Part shown: in pieces, positions 43,901 to 56,129 of the stretch
How positions within the stretch are numbered: position 1 is the first letter of the stretch
How the letters are laid out: the number at the start of each line of letters is the position of its first letter
DNA from: the human T2T-CHM13v2.0 reference genome, Homo sapiens
Length of the DNA stretch: 64,000 nt
Strand: one strand, 5' to 3'
Assembly (NCBI RefSeq): GCF_009914755.1
Contig: NC_060932.1
Program-made: the position numbers and the translations under genes
The notes under the pieces: generated by a model
The model's input: only the letters and a program-made list of their open reading frames with translations
What the model was told of the DNA's origin: nothing
The model's database searches: none

Positions 43901-44669
43901 AACAACAAAAAAGAAATAAAAGAGAGAAGTGGCAAAAATCCAAAGGAGAGAAAATGTAAGAAAATGATAGTAAAAAAATTAACCACTACTTTTTTTTTTA
44001 AGCTGAAACGTATACACTCTAAGGGATGAAAGCTATCAACAGTCAGGTATAGTTTACATACCCTTAAGCAGTCTGCTTCTCACTTTAGTAAAACAACCAG
44101 GCCATATTAGAAATGAGAAAATTCAGGGGTAGTACATTTGAATTAAATATGGGAATTTATCAAATATGAGAATTTAACGTTCAAGAAGTCAGTAGTCCTG
44201 CGGGATGAATAATTAGAATTTTCATTATCTAAAAATGCAATCCAAGGGGAGAAAAAAAAGCCATGTTTTCCTACTAAATTTTCTATAATATCTGTCTTGG
44301 CAAACACACGTTTTCTATTTGATCCCATGTCCCTATGAGTAAAATGAGTTTGTTTTCATTCTTGAATTTGCATGACCTCAGATACGTTAGGGGTGAGATG
44401 TCAAAATGTCACAATTTTAGAAAGCCTAAAGGTCAGGCTTTCTACCCATCTTTTTAGGACTTTGGGGCACTTGATCTTTTCCTGGCTCAAAACTTAGAAA
44501 CTGCTGATGCTCCAAAGAAAACCCACAAAGAGGGCGAGAGGAGTGTTAGGGAAGAAATTAGGAAACCTACCTCCAAGACTGAATTGATTTTGTTCTCCTA
44601 GCACTTCTTGGCTTCATTTTTACTTTAACTCGAAATTGTTTCAAGGTAATGGTGAATATATGTTCTAAC

Positions 44670-44716
44670 GGCCTACACACACGCAACCACATGCACACCT
44701 ACTTAGTATATTTATT
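44670..44716 (-). terminator. NKX2-6 polyadenylation signal (implies ~700 nt 3' UTR)
   Basis: AATAAA on minus at 44716-44711 followed by GU-rich GTGTGCATGTGGTTGCGTGTGTGT. Confidence 0.75.
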
Positions 44717-45249
44717 GGAGGTGCTGTGCTGTACAAAGAGATAAAATGCACAACAGTGAAAGGGACCAGAATGTAGAGCCTACTTCCAGGAGAGCAGTCG
44801 TGGCCAGAAAAGAGTGCTCCTCTGGATTAACGGAGTCCCCTGGGGCGCGGCCTTATGGGGATGTTTAAGTCCCAAAGGAAGAGGCTCAAAGCAGGTTACT
44901 CTTCGTGAACTTCCCGGATCCTCAAGTTCCCAGCTCTTCAGCCCCCTTCCCGCCCTCCCGTCCTCTTCTCTTTCTTCCCCAACAGCTGTCATTAATTGGA
45001 GGATGGTAGGCCCGCTAGATCACCATCTCCATTCACCGCCGATGCCCCGGGGCTGCTGCGTACAGATGCAAGAGCCTCTCGGGCCTCTGGGGTTGAAGCC
45101 CCAAAAGTCACGCGCCTTAGTACTGCTCCCACACCCCAAACTGCCAGCCAGCCTTGGTGTTCTTCAGTCCCTGTGTTGCTTGGTGGGTGACCGGTGGAGG
45201 GGTCTCCTTTTGGGGGAAGAACGTCCCAGGCGGGGCCTTTAACTGGGTG

Positions 45250-46200
45250 ACTGTGGTGCAGATCGCAGTTTCAGAGATCCCTCCGGAAAGAAGCGCCGTT
45301 GGGTAGCAGCTTCCTTCCAGCGCCGCGTCCCCTCCTTGTCACGACCTGCGGGCGGAGGGGAAGGGAACGAGCATCTGGCCCTGGTTGGCAGAGTCAAGCC
45401 GAGGAGCCTCACCAGGCCCTGACACCCTGCAGCGTGGCTGCCAGATGGCCCTGCGGGGTGGCATTCTGGCCACCGTGTCCGAAGCCCGCGCTGGCCAGTG
45501 GTGTGTGTGGCGCAGGACCCGAGGGCGCGCCCGCGTAGCAGGTGCCGTAGCCTGCGCCGTAGGGTGCTCCGCTGTAGCCTCCGTAGCAAGAGTAGGGCGA
45601 CACTGCTGCACTGTAGGGGCTGGGGAAGGCAGGTGCGCCGGGCCCGGGGCCCAGGCAGGGCTTGCCATCGCGCACCAGGACGGGCACAGCTACTCGGCGC
45701 GGCGTTAGAGGGTGGCCAGCCAGTTCCAGCGACTTGTCCTGGCGCTGTCTCTTGCATTTGTAGCGTCGGTTCTGGAACCAGATCTTGACCTGCGTGGACG
45801 TGAGCTGCAGCGCGCTGGCCAGGTGCTCGCGCTCGGGCGCTGACAGGTACCGCTGCTGCTTGAAGCGCCGCTCCAGGGCCAGCACCTGCGCCTGCGAAAA
45901 GAGCACGCGCGGCTTCCGTCGTTGCCGCGCCTTGGGCTGCTCCGAGCGGCCACCCCGCACGCTGTCGCCGCTGTTGCCAACGCCGCGCTCTGGCACCCTG
46001 GTCCCGCCGCCGAGGGGCGAGGCCGCGTTCAGGCCGGGCTCTAAAAGCACAGGAAGGGACACATCAGCGCCCAGCCTAAGGCTCACCTGAGCAGTTCCTA
46101 CTTAGTTTTCAAGACTTTCCTCTCCCTGGCAGCCTTCACTCTGCGCAGGCTCCTCCTCCCTCCTACTGCCCCCGAACCCTGTCCCAGGACGAACCCTGTC
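45250..46200. promoter_or_regulatory. CpG island over NKX2-6 exon 2
   Basis: Dense CpG and high GC. Confidence 0.8.
45409..46040 (-). CDS. NKX2-6: NK2 homeobox 6, coding exon 2 (homeodomain, NK2-SD, GVRAW C-terminus)
   Basis: Acceptor CTTCCTGTGCTTTTAG|AG at 46041/46040; homeodomain [13 protein letters not shown]...[12 protein letters not shown]; NK2-[17 protein letters not shown]; NK4-type GVRAW end. 274+632=906 nt = 301 aa + stop. Confidence 0.97.
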
Positions 46201-46372
46201 CCAGGACTGTCTCCATGTTTTTTCCCTCCAAGCTCTGTCACCTTTATATGTTACTGCTGGAACATAAATTGTGACACCCTATGGTCCCTCGTGTGTGCGT
46301 CCTTTTCCTAAAGGTAGACTCTAGATAAAGAGTTAAGGCAACTCCATTTGCTTCTTAGAATGTGTGTGCATG

Positions 46373-47168
<796 letters not shown>

Positions 47169-49282
47169 TCAGAAACTGAGGTTCTCTTTGAGAGATACAT
47201 AAAGTTGAGGTCCACATTTGGCTTCTTAAAAAGTAGCCTCTCCCTCCTTTGGGGTCTTTCTGGCAAGCAGGTGGTGTGGGCTTCACCCTGAAGTCTTCCT
47301 TTCACCCAGGGCGACCCCTACAGCTGAGACTGTGCCCACCAAGATGCAGCGTTTTCCTCCCTTCTCACTTCTCTCCTGTCTGGGCTTAAACCCCGTTTTA
47401 CCCCAAGGGTGGATAGAAGGGAAATGCTGAGTTTTCATGGGATCTCACGCCAGGAGAAAATCAGGAGCATGGAAGGGGTGCAAGTTCATGGCAAGACGGG
47501 ACAGGACTCTAAATGAGCCAGTGCGATTGGAACCAGACTCCTAATACCCAAGGCACTGGCACAATCTCCTGGAGGGGGATGGAGCTGTTTGGTATGTAAA
47601 GTTTGAGGACAGAACAACTTCCTTCAGAGACGTCTGTGCTCAGATAAACTGAGGCCATCTCCACTTGCAAAGAGGAAAAATTCTGAGGAGGGTTTGTTTT
47701 CTTAGCACATCGAAAGGTAACAACTGACCTTCAGCCAGGCTGCAGAGCAAGGAGGACCCCATTTCAAAGTCACAGATCATGCAGGCCCTGGGGCTGCACA
47801 GCACCGCAGGGTGGGCCAGCACCCTGCGCCCTTCTGTTCACAATCCTGGAGTTCTTGAGGGCAAGGTGGTTAGCTGCGATGGAGGAAGGCATGAAGCCCA
47901 CCGAAGGTGTCTTCCCTGTCCGGATCGCTACCGCGGCCTTGGGCTCAGTTCCTGGAGCCGGCCTCGGGTCCGGCCTCGGGTCCCTCCTCGGCGGCGTCCA
48001 CTGCTGCCGCAGAAGAGACGCTCCCAGGATTTGGTTTCCAGTGGGAGAAGGAAGGCGCCGCAAATACCATCGGCTGCGAGGCGACTGTGGTGGTCGAAGG
48101 AACGTGATCCTTTGTCAGCTCAGCGGAGCCGAAGTGATCGCCGAGTTGGCTGAGCAGCGCCGAGGGAGTTTAGAATCCGCTGCAGAAAACCTACCAGCTT
48201 CTTCGCGGACACAGCAGGTAATGTTCTTAGGCTTCTGGAGTTAGTGAGTAGCCGGCCTGCAGGCCGGTAAATAACTCCGATCTAGCCCCTTGGTTTATTT
48301 CTTTCGTTCGCGCCTTGAATGGAGGCGCCATGGCACAGTCTGGCAGAGGAGGCCTGCCCTGGCGGGCGCTACTCAGGGCCCCTGCGTTGAGAATGCCGAG
48401 TGAGGTGCTGAGGTTTGGAGAGAAAAAGGTGGCGTTTTCATCCCTTGGAATATCGGGCCTCTCCAGCTGAAGCCTCCGGATCGACACAACACAACTCCCG
48501 GATCGACGCAACACAACTCCCCGCCAGCCCCTTCCCTTCCAGCGGGCTGGACACAGGTGCGTGGGCCTCGCAGCCCGGCGCGCACGGTTGCGCCTTTGGA
48601 TACCTGCGACAGGACTCGGCCAGAACCGTGTCCCAGGGCAGAGAAAACCCTGGCAACCTTTAACGTTCTCCCTGACGCGGAGAATCCTGCGCCAACGGGG
48701 CCTTCCACTTCGGGAGACTCAATCGCCACCCGGTCCCCAACTTTCGTCTTCCAGAAGAAAAATCCATGAGGAGGAATGGGGGGGTCCCCCGACCAGACCA
48801 GCAAGAAAGGGCCCAGTTAGGAGTGACCTCAGCGCCACGAGGGTTCCACTGCTTTGATGGCCACACGCTTTTGCAAACGGTTTGGGGGTGGAGAGACACC
48901 AGGTGATGGTAGGGAAGGGCGGTGGTGACTGGCACGGCTAAGACACTGCGGAGGGTTTCGCTGTGGAGATGAGAAGGTGGAGGTTCTGGGCACTGTGGCT
49001 GCGAGTGTGAGCGATGCGTTTGTGGGAATCAGAGGAGCGGATTTGGGAAAAGTGAATCCTTGAGATTCAGGGCCTTAATTTCGTTAGGGGTGTGTGAAGC
49101 ACACTGGGTGTCAGGAGAGGATGGGAATGGGATTCGAGAGGCCTTTTTTTGGACTCCTCGAGAGAAAATGGAGAGAGTCTCGAACCCAGGAGATAGGAGG
49201 CGTATTTTCCCCATGCACCCATGGATCACGCCCCCGCCCCCACATTCCCCCCGTAGGAGGCAAGACCTGAGCGCTTACTCAC

Positions 49283-49556
49283 GTGGCTCCCCCATCCGTT
49301 CCGCGTCCATCTCCAAGACTGCCTCACAGGGACCCCCAGGAGGCTCCGAACCATCCAGCTTTCTGTCACCGCCGCCGCCACCAGCGTTGTGAACCTCTGA
49401 CCCTCGCGGCTCTGCGTCCATTCTCAGGTACTGAAAGTTTTCCGGGCTCTTCCGCACCCGCGGATGTGGCGAAGCCGCGGGGCAGCTCCGCTCGCGCTCC
49501 AGTCGCAGGATGTCCTTGACCGAGAAGGGGGTGGAGGTGACGGGGCTCAGCAGCAT
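49283..49556 (-). CDS. NKX2-6: NK2 homeobox 6, coding exon 1 (274 nt)
   Basis: ATG at 49556; MLLSPVTSTPFSVKDILRLERE with TN domain TPFSVKDIL; donor CCAC|GTGAGT at 49283/49282. Confidence 0.97.
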
Positions 49557-49719
49557 CCCGAAGGCGGATGGGGCGGGGCCGAGGAGGTCCGGGTGAGGAG
49601 CGGCACCCTGAACTTCCCGTCTTGTCGCTGCAGGCCCCGCAGACAGACCCAAGCTCTGGGACAGACGCCCAGCGTCCCAGACAGCGCCTTCCTCTGGGCC
49701 ATGCTGGTAGGCCCGGGTC

Positions 49720-49800
49720 CAGGGCCGGGTGACGAGACCGTAGCCCCCCATTGGTTCTCGCAGAAACCACGTGCTAGCTCTGCACCTTCCTCCCCCAGCG
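49720..49800 (-). promoter_or_regulatory. Probable NKX2-6 TATA-less core promoter
   Basis: CCAAT on minus at 49754-49750 and E-box CACGTG at 49768-49773, inside a CpG island about 200 nt upstream of the ATG. The TSS cannot be seen directly. Confidence 0.55.
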
Positions 49801-50811
49801 CTTTCTTCCCGCGCCCGTCGAATCCTCTCCAGTCCCCAGTCGCCTTCCTGGGAGGTTTGGTTCGTATTGACGGTTCTCAAAGCAAAGAAAACGTGGAGAG
49901 ACAGTGCTGCGCGCGGCTTGGATCTCCGTCAATACGGTACTAGCGGGAGCTTCCGAGGTCAACCTAGGGTCCACGGGGACCCTCCTAGTGGACATGCGGG
50001 GATTGGAGGTGGAGTCCTTGCTGTGCAACCCGATCCGGTCCATCCAGCCTGGTCTTAGCTCAACTCTGCATTCTTATGGCGGAGGAAAGCTAAGATAGAG
50101 ACAGCTGGGACCCGCGGGATTTGAGGCGCGCGCTGGGATCTTACGTGCGCAGAGGCCGGACCGCAGAGTAGAAGTGAGTCTTGACCCACCAGGGCCTATA
50201 TTGAGATGGAAACCTCTCTCTTTGAACAGAATCCAGGTCTGCGGAGTCCCGACCCGCCACTTCCTAGGAGCAGCTTCTCAGCCCCAGGACCGAGGAATGG
50301 GTGTGGGGGCTACATGTGGGGAGCCCTCGACCTCTTAAAGGGCTCCGCGAATGGTGGGGGAGACTGGAAGGCAATCTCTGCGGCCCGCGCAAAGTGGTCA
50401 GAGGCGGGAGTGGGGGTGGGGGGGGGGTGGGCTTCCGTCGCCCTTGGCGTCCCCACGTTCTTTTTCTTCCTCTCCTTTATCCTCCTTAAAGCGGATTGCC
50501 TGGAGCGTGCCAGCTTGTGTGCGCGTATAAATGCGGCGCCCGCCGAAGGGCTGGGAAGATTTGACTCGCATTAGATCTCCAGAAAAGGCCCTTGGTTACG
50601 GCGGGCACCGAGTAAATGGCGCAGTGTGGCACAAAGGTTACCAACACGGAGATAGCGCCAACAGATCCAGCCCCTGCTGTTACTACTCCTGGATCAGGGA
50701 AACGTGATTTGGTGTCAGCTGTTCCAGCACTGAATCGAAGAGGGTTTAAAAATTGTGTTTTAATCACAATGGGATCTCATTAGAGTTCTTTTGGGGATTT
50801 CAGATCAAATG

Positions 50812-51196
50812 TTTCTTTTTGTTTTTCTTTCCTTCCTTTCCCTCCCTCCCTCCCTCCTTTTTCTTTCTTTCTTTTCTTTCTTTCTCTTTCTTCCTTTTTT
50901 TTTTTTTTTTTTTGGTTACAGGGTCTCTCTCTGTCTCCCAGGCTGGAATGCAGTGGCCGGATCATGGCTCGCTGCAGCCTCGACCCGGACTCAGTGATCC
51001 TCCCACCTCAGCCTCCTGAGTAGCTGGGACCACAGATGCAGCCACTAAGCCTGGCTATTTATTTATTTATTTATTGCTTGTAGAGCCGGGGTTTCGCCAT
51101 GTTGCTTAGGCTGGTCTTGAACTCCTGGGCTCAAGTAATGTGCCCACCTCGGCCTCCCAAAGTGCTGGGATTACAGGTGTGAGCCACCGCGCAGGC
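50812..51196 (-). mobile_element. Alu (AluJ-like) with an extended CT-rich tail
   Basis: Antisense Alu preceded by a ~100 nt pyrimidine tract. Confidence 0.88.
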
Positions 51197-51442
51197 TTCA
51201 AATGCTTCTTAAACCTACTTACGTGAATTCAGTGTTACAACAGCTGTTTGAATATGATTATCTCCTGAAATTCAGATAAACCCAACTCATCTCCCCAGGC
51301 TAATGGGTGCAAAATTGCACACAAAGATTTATGCAAAATTTCAGCACATTTGATCATTCAGCTACAAAGTAATGATTTCCTATACATGGTAACATTTAAT
51401 CTTCACATCAAAGCTATACCCAAATATTTCCAGCTGCTGCTC

Positions 51443-51570
51443 CTTCTTCTTCTTCTTCTTCTTCTTCTTCTTCTTCTTCTTCTTCTTCTTCTTCTTCTTC
51501 TTCTTCTTCTTCTTCTTCTTCTCCTCCTCCTCCTCCTCCTCCTCCTTCTCCTTCTCCTTCTTCTTCTTTT
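51443..51570. repeat. Compound trinucleotide STR (CTT)26(CTC)8..., i.e. GAA/GAG on the NKX2-6 sense strand
   Basis: Direct count: 51443-51520 CTT x26, 51521-51544 CTC x8, then mixed. Confidence 0.97.
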
Positions 51571-52199
51571 GTTCAGCGAGGAGTCCAGATCAGAGAGGTG
51601 GCCCAGATAGTTCACCAAATGGCAAGACCAGACTAGCCTCTAAACCAAGACAATTTACCCTGTCTTTCTTTCTTTTTGAAATATACATCCTTTGCTCTTA
51701 GAGATCTCAAAATCTTCTGATGACCCATACATTTATTTGAATTTTTGTTTCCTGATAAAAGTCATCATGCGCACCTTGGAAAAAGTGAAGAAAAGTTAAA
51801 AGAAAATATCCACCCAGAGACAACATTTTAGTGGACCTTCTTGTCTTTATTTCTGTATATATGAGCTCATAGGGTATATATGTTTGTATATGTTTAAATT
51901 TACATCATAAGCATGCCCAGTTCATCTTTAGAATTTTTTAAACAAATATAATTTAAAATAGGAATCTAATATTTCATGTTATTGATAGACCGTAGTAGAC
52001 TGTGTTTGTATTTTTAGATAATATCTTTTTTTATCACTGTAAATAAGACTTTATTTTGTGCCTTCAATTTTCATCCTTGTCAATATTTTCTGTTATTTTC
52101 TCAGGATACATATGTAGAAGAAACATCAATCAGTCAAATATTTTAATGCTCATAAGACATGCCATTCCAGGGCTTCCTAGAAAAACAGTATTATCGTAT

Positions 52200-53210
52200 T
52201 TTGTTCCCGGAGGTGCAGGCGAGTGCCTGGTCTACGGGTGTTTACAATCATCACCGGGCACCCACAAGAGACCCTGAACTTAGAATATTTCCGCGGTAGG
52301 AGTTCCGCCTCGTCCTTCCAGGGGATACTGACGACTCGCTGGGTTCTCGCCTTCCAAGTGCTGGAGGGGGGAAGTAGGGCCACCCGGGGTAGAAACCTAA
52401 CGCCAGAAACCTTCCAGCGCCTTATCAGTTGGTGGAATTTTCGTGGCAGACAGTCGCGCTCTACCTAAGTCGTAGAAGAAAAGACACCTTGTGGGGGACT
52501 TGGCGTCGGAAGCCTTGAGTTCAAATCGTAGCCCTAGGTCCCCAGCCTTGCCCTTCCTGGCTTGCTGCGAGGATGAAATGAGATTTTTGTACGTGAAAAT
52601 GCTTTCTAACCCCTCTCGAGGGGTGGAAACGTCTCCATTCGACCAGAGTCCGGGTCTGCGGAGCAATTTACCCGCCGCTTTCCAAGAGCAGGCTCCCCAG
52701 CGTAGCGAGTCCTTGTTATGGAAAGGGTCGTTTCGGCTCAGGATGCGCGCTCCCGGCGTAGACCTGGGGATAGGGGTCCCTGTCGCGCTCGCCCCACCCC
52801 TGCAGGGAGCAAGGCCGTCCTTCTGCAGCACCGCGCCACGCGGCGGGAATTTGCAGTGTCCTGCTTTCTGGTTTCAGCTTCTTCGCTCGCTTGGGTCTTT
52901 CTCGGTCACCTCTCGGAGGGGCCTGGAGTCCCTCCTCCCTCCTCCTACTTCAGCGCCAGAAGCATTGAAAGCCGCCCGCCCGCCGAGAGTGGAACCGGTA
53001 CCTCGAATCTCGCTCATTCCGGGTCAATTGGAGGCGCATTAGCGGCTGCCTTGCAGTGCAACAGAGGCTCGAGTGACAGGCCACCTGCCTAAGCGCTGGC
53101 GCCCAGGAAAGCCGGGGAGGAAACTAGGAAGGGAGGCGACAGCAGAAAAGCCAGAGAGTCCAGAGACTCCTAGGCAGGCCTCCGTGCAGCCCCAACAGCG
53201 TGGTGCCGGG

Positions 53211-53260
<50 letters not shown>

Positions 53261-53400
53261 TACTCAGGAATGGAGACATCGTGATCACCTCTGTTCTTAG
53301 GTGAGATGGAGACGGCCGTGCTAGGGGTGTGATTGATCCGCTTTGCTTCACTCAGGTCCGCAGAGTGTTTTAAGCGCCTACCGTGGGCCAGCTCTGCCCA
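52200..53400. promoter_or_regulatory. Upstream CpG island ending in a (TG)n tract (53214-53256)
   Basis: CpG-rich unique sequence with no recognisable coding exon. Confidence 0.75.
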
Positions 53401-53544
53401 AGCTCTGGGAATACTGAGAAAATGAGAGGTCTCAGCCTTCTTATCCGAACTTGCATTCTTGCATAGAAGACAGACTTTTAAATAATTCCCATACATTGTG
53501 TTACCTTGCACAATCAGACGGAATTTGTACACTATATTTATTGA

Positions 53545-53837
53545 TTTTTTTTTTTTGAGACGGAGTTTCGCTCTTTTGCCCAGGCTGGAGTGCAGTGGCA
53601 TGATCTCGGCTCACTGCAACCTCCGCCTTTTCGGTTTCAAGCAATTCTCCTGCCTCAGCCTCCCGAGTAGCTGGGATTACAGGTGCCCGCCACCACACCC
53701 GGCTAATTTTTGTATTTTTAGTAGAGACCGGGTTTCACCATGTTGGCCAGGTTAGTCTCGAACTCCTGACCTCGTGATCTACCCGCCTCGGCCTCCCAAA
53801 GTGCTGGGATTACAGGCGTGAACCACCGCGCCCGGCC
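53545..53837 (-). mobile_element. Alu (AluS-like, CpG-rich)
   Basis: Full antisense Alu. Confidence 0.93.
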
Positions 53838-55473
53838 CTGAACCTCTACTTCTCCGTGGTTAACAAAAGTCATTATTTCCTGTTTCTTTCACTCTCCTGA
53901 AACGAAGGGATTCCCTCCAGCAAGTACCATACTCAACAGGCAATTCCTGGTAACCTCGCGGCTTAGTGGGCCCTGTGGGCCGAGGTGAAATCAGTCCTCT
54001 TTAACCCAAGTGCAGGATCCCCGTTAGACTAGACTAGACTTGGGCTCTGGGTCTGTTGTCACAGCTGTGTCCCCAAGGCACGTAGTAGGTCTTTAACAAA
54101 TATTTATTGAGGACAGGTATCTGTCCTGCTTGATTGGGGATAGTTCCTAGGATACTCTGGGGACTGTCCCAAAGGGTGTCTGGGGACCATCAATGGTGGC
54201 AATTTCTGCTTTGCCACGGTCCCTTTTGCTGGGATCCACTTTTTAATACTGTAATAATGTATTTATATTTTTGAGTATTTGAAAAATTAACATGGTTCTT
54301 AAAATCAAAATTATGTAAAAAGATATACTTAAAGAAGTGACAGTACACCTTTATCCCTGTATTCCTGTTCCCACTCCCCTTTCTTTCCTAGTTGGTACAC
54401 ACTTCAAATCTCATTAGTTTGTCCTTTCTGTGCTTTAAAACAACAACAACAAATGAACAGATATATGTGTATTTTCTTATTTTTCCTTCTTTCTTACATG
54501 ACAAGGCAGCTTAATATGGATACTCTTTCTTATTGTAAAGCCATGACATTTATTGTGTGTTTTTTTTTGAATTGATATCATGTCTCTGGTTGCTACCTGT
54601 GCATGGCCACTGCTTTAGAACAATAGCTGCAATAACAATGCCTGTGTACTTTCTACCTATATCTCCTTTGCTCAAAATAAGCTATTCCATGCCTGCAGTA
54701 TACTCAGGATGGCGAGAATCTCCTACTACTCATGACTGTTAGCATAGGGCTTTATAACCTTATATTTCAGAGTGCATAATGATAATTTTAAAGTAAACCC
54801 TCAAAATGACTCAGTGAATTTTCTCATTTTTTCTTTTAAATGATGGCTTTAGCTTAGTCATCTTTATTTTACAGATAAAGAACACAGAGATTACATGTGG
54901 TCCAAGATCACACGGCTATCACATAGCAGAGGAAAATTAGAATCCAGGTTTTCTCACTACCAATCCTGGGGCCATTGTTCTGCACTTCTGTGGCCCTGCT
55001 CCCGCATCAGTTCCCTCTAGAGCAGAAATGAAGAGTTGAAAAATAATGGGGAACGATTTGGCAAACAGATCTAGATTATTTCCTGTATGGTTTCCTTTTT
55101 TAAAAAATGCATATTTATATCTCATCTCACTGGTTCTCAAAATAACTCAGTGAGATGTGTAAAGTAGTTATGATTTCTAGTTTATAAATGAGGAAACTAA
55201 GAGAAAGGAAGGTTAAGAAACTTATTTGAGGCCACATCTATCTCCTGATTTCCCATATGGTGCTCTTTCATGTACTATGATCAATGCATTTATTTAGTAA
55301 TTGCCTTTTATGTTTCTTCCTAATTTTTTTTGCTCAGTACGCGTTAGTACACTCACTCCGTAGAAACATATACTCAACATTTAAAACATTTTAGCAAAAC
55401 CATTACTTCATTATGTTCCAAATTATTCCATTCAATTCAGAAGATATTTTCTGAGAGTGCCTATTACATGGAA

Positions 55474-55749
55474 AAGGTAATCATAGAATCTGTCACACAA
55501 ACTGGGATACATTTTTTTTTAGAGACAGAGCCTCACTATGTTGCCTAGGCTGGTCTGGAACTCCCAGCCTCGAGTGATCCTCCCACCTTGACCTCCCAAA
55601 GCGTTGGGATTACAGGAGTAAGCTGCTGCACCTGGCCTAACTGGTAAAGGCCAGTGTCCTTTAACACTGGGAAAGTGGAAAGTGTCCTTTAACACTAACT
55701 AGATGGTGTGCCAAGTATAAACTAACCACAACTGTCCATATGGTCACCC
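55474..55749. mobile_element. MER94-like hAT relic interrupted by a FLAM-like monomer (55512-55637, minus)
   Basis: ...CAAACTGGGATAC start and CATATGGTCACCC end; Alu left-arm text inside. Confidence 0.55.
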
Positions 55750-56129
55750 CATATACAAGGCACTCAGACACAAAGATAAATAGTACACACTTCAGGACCC
55801 TCCAGGAGTATCCAGTCCAGTCAGGAGAAGACACAATAACTTTTATTGTAGAATGTCACCAGCTCACCTTTGTCTGCCGGACTGGCATTAATGTGCCTAA
55901 TTTCATCCACTTGATGGATAACATTTTCATTTATAATGATACTTTTATCATTAAAATCTATGATGTTGATCTGATTACCATATTTAAGAGACGGGTTGAT
56001 CACTGGTGCATCCTTTTTCTGCTGCCACAAGGCAAGCACACCTGCAGTCAATCACACACCCAAAGCCCCATGGCCGGCACAGCCTCCTCCCCAGAACATG
56101 AGCTGTTCCCAGCTCTCATTGATTCTTGA

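Larger units (their letters stand above)
47780..50700. promoter_or_regulatory. CpG island(s) over NKX2-6 promoter, exon 1 and intron
   Basis: Dense CpG and high GC. Confidence 0.85.

Noticed and set aside
51350-51618. Poly-Leu and poly-Arg ORFs
   Set aside because: Translations of the (CTT/CTC)n microsatellite; no gene structure.
52397-53092. Overlapping 124-183 aa ORFs in the CpG island
   Set aside because: Expected from GC content; no homology or codon signal visible.
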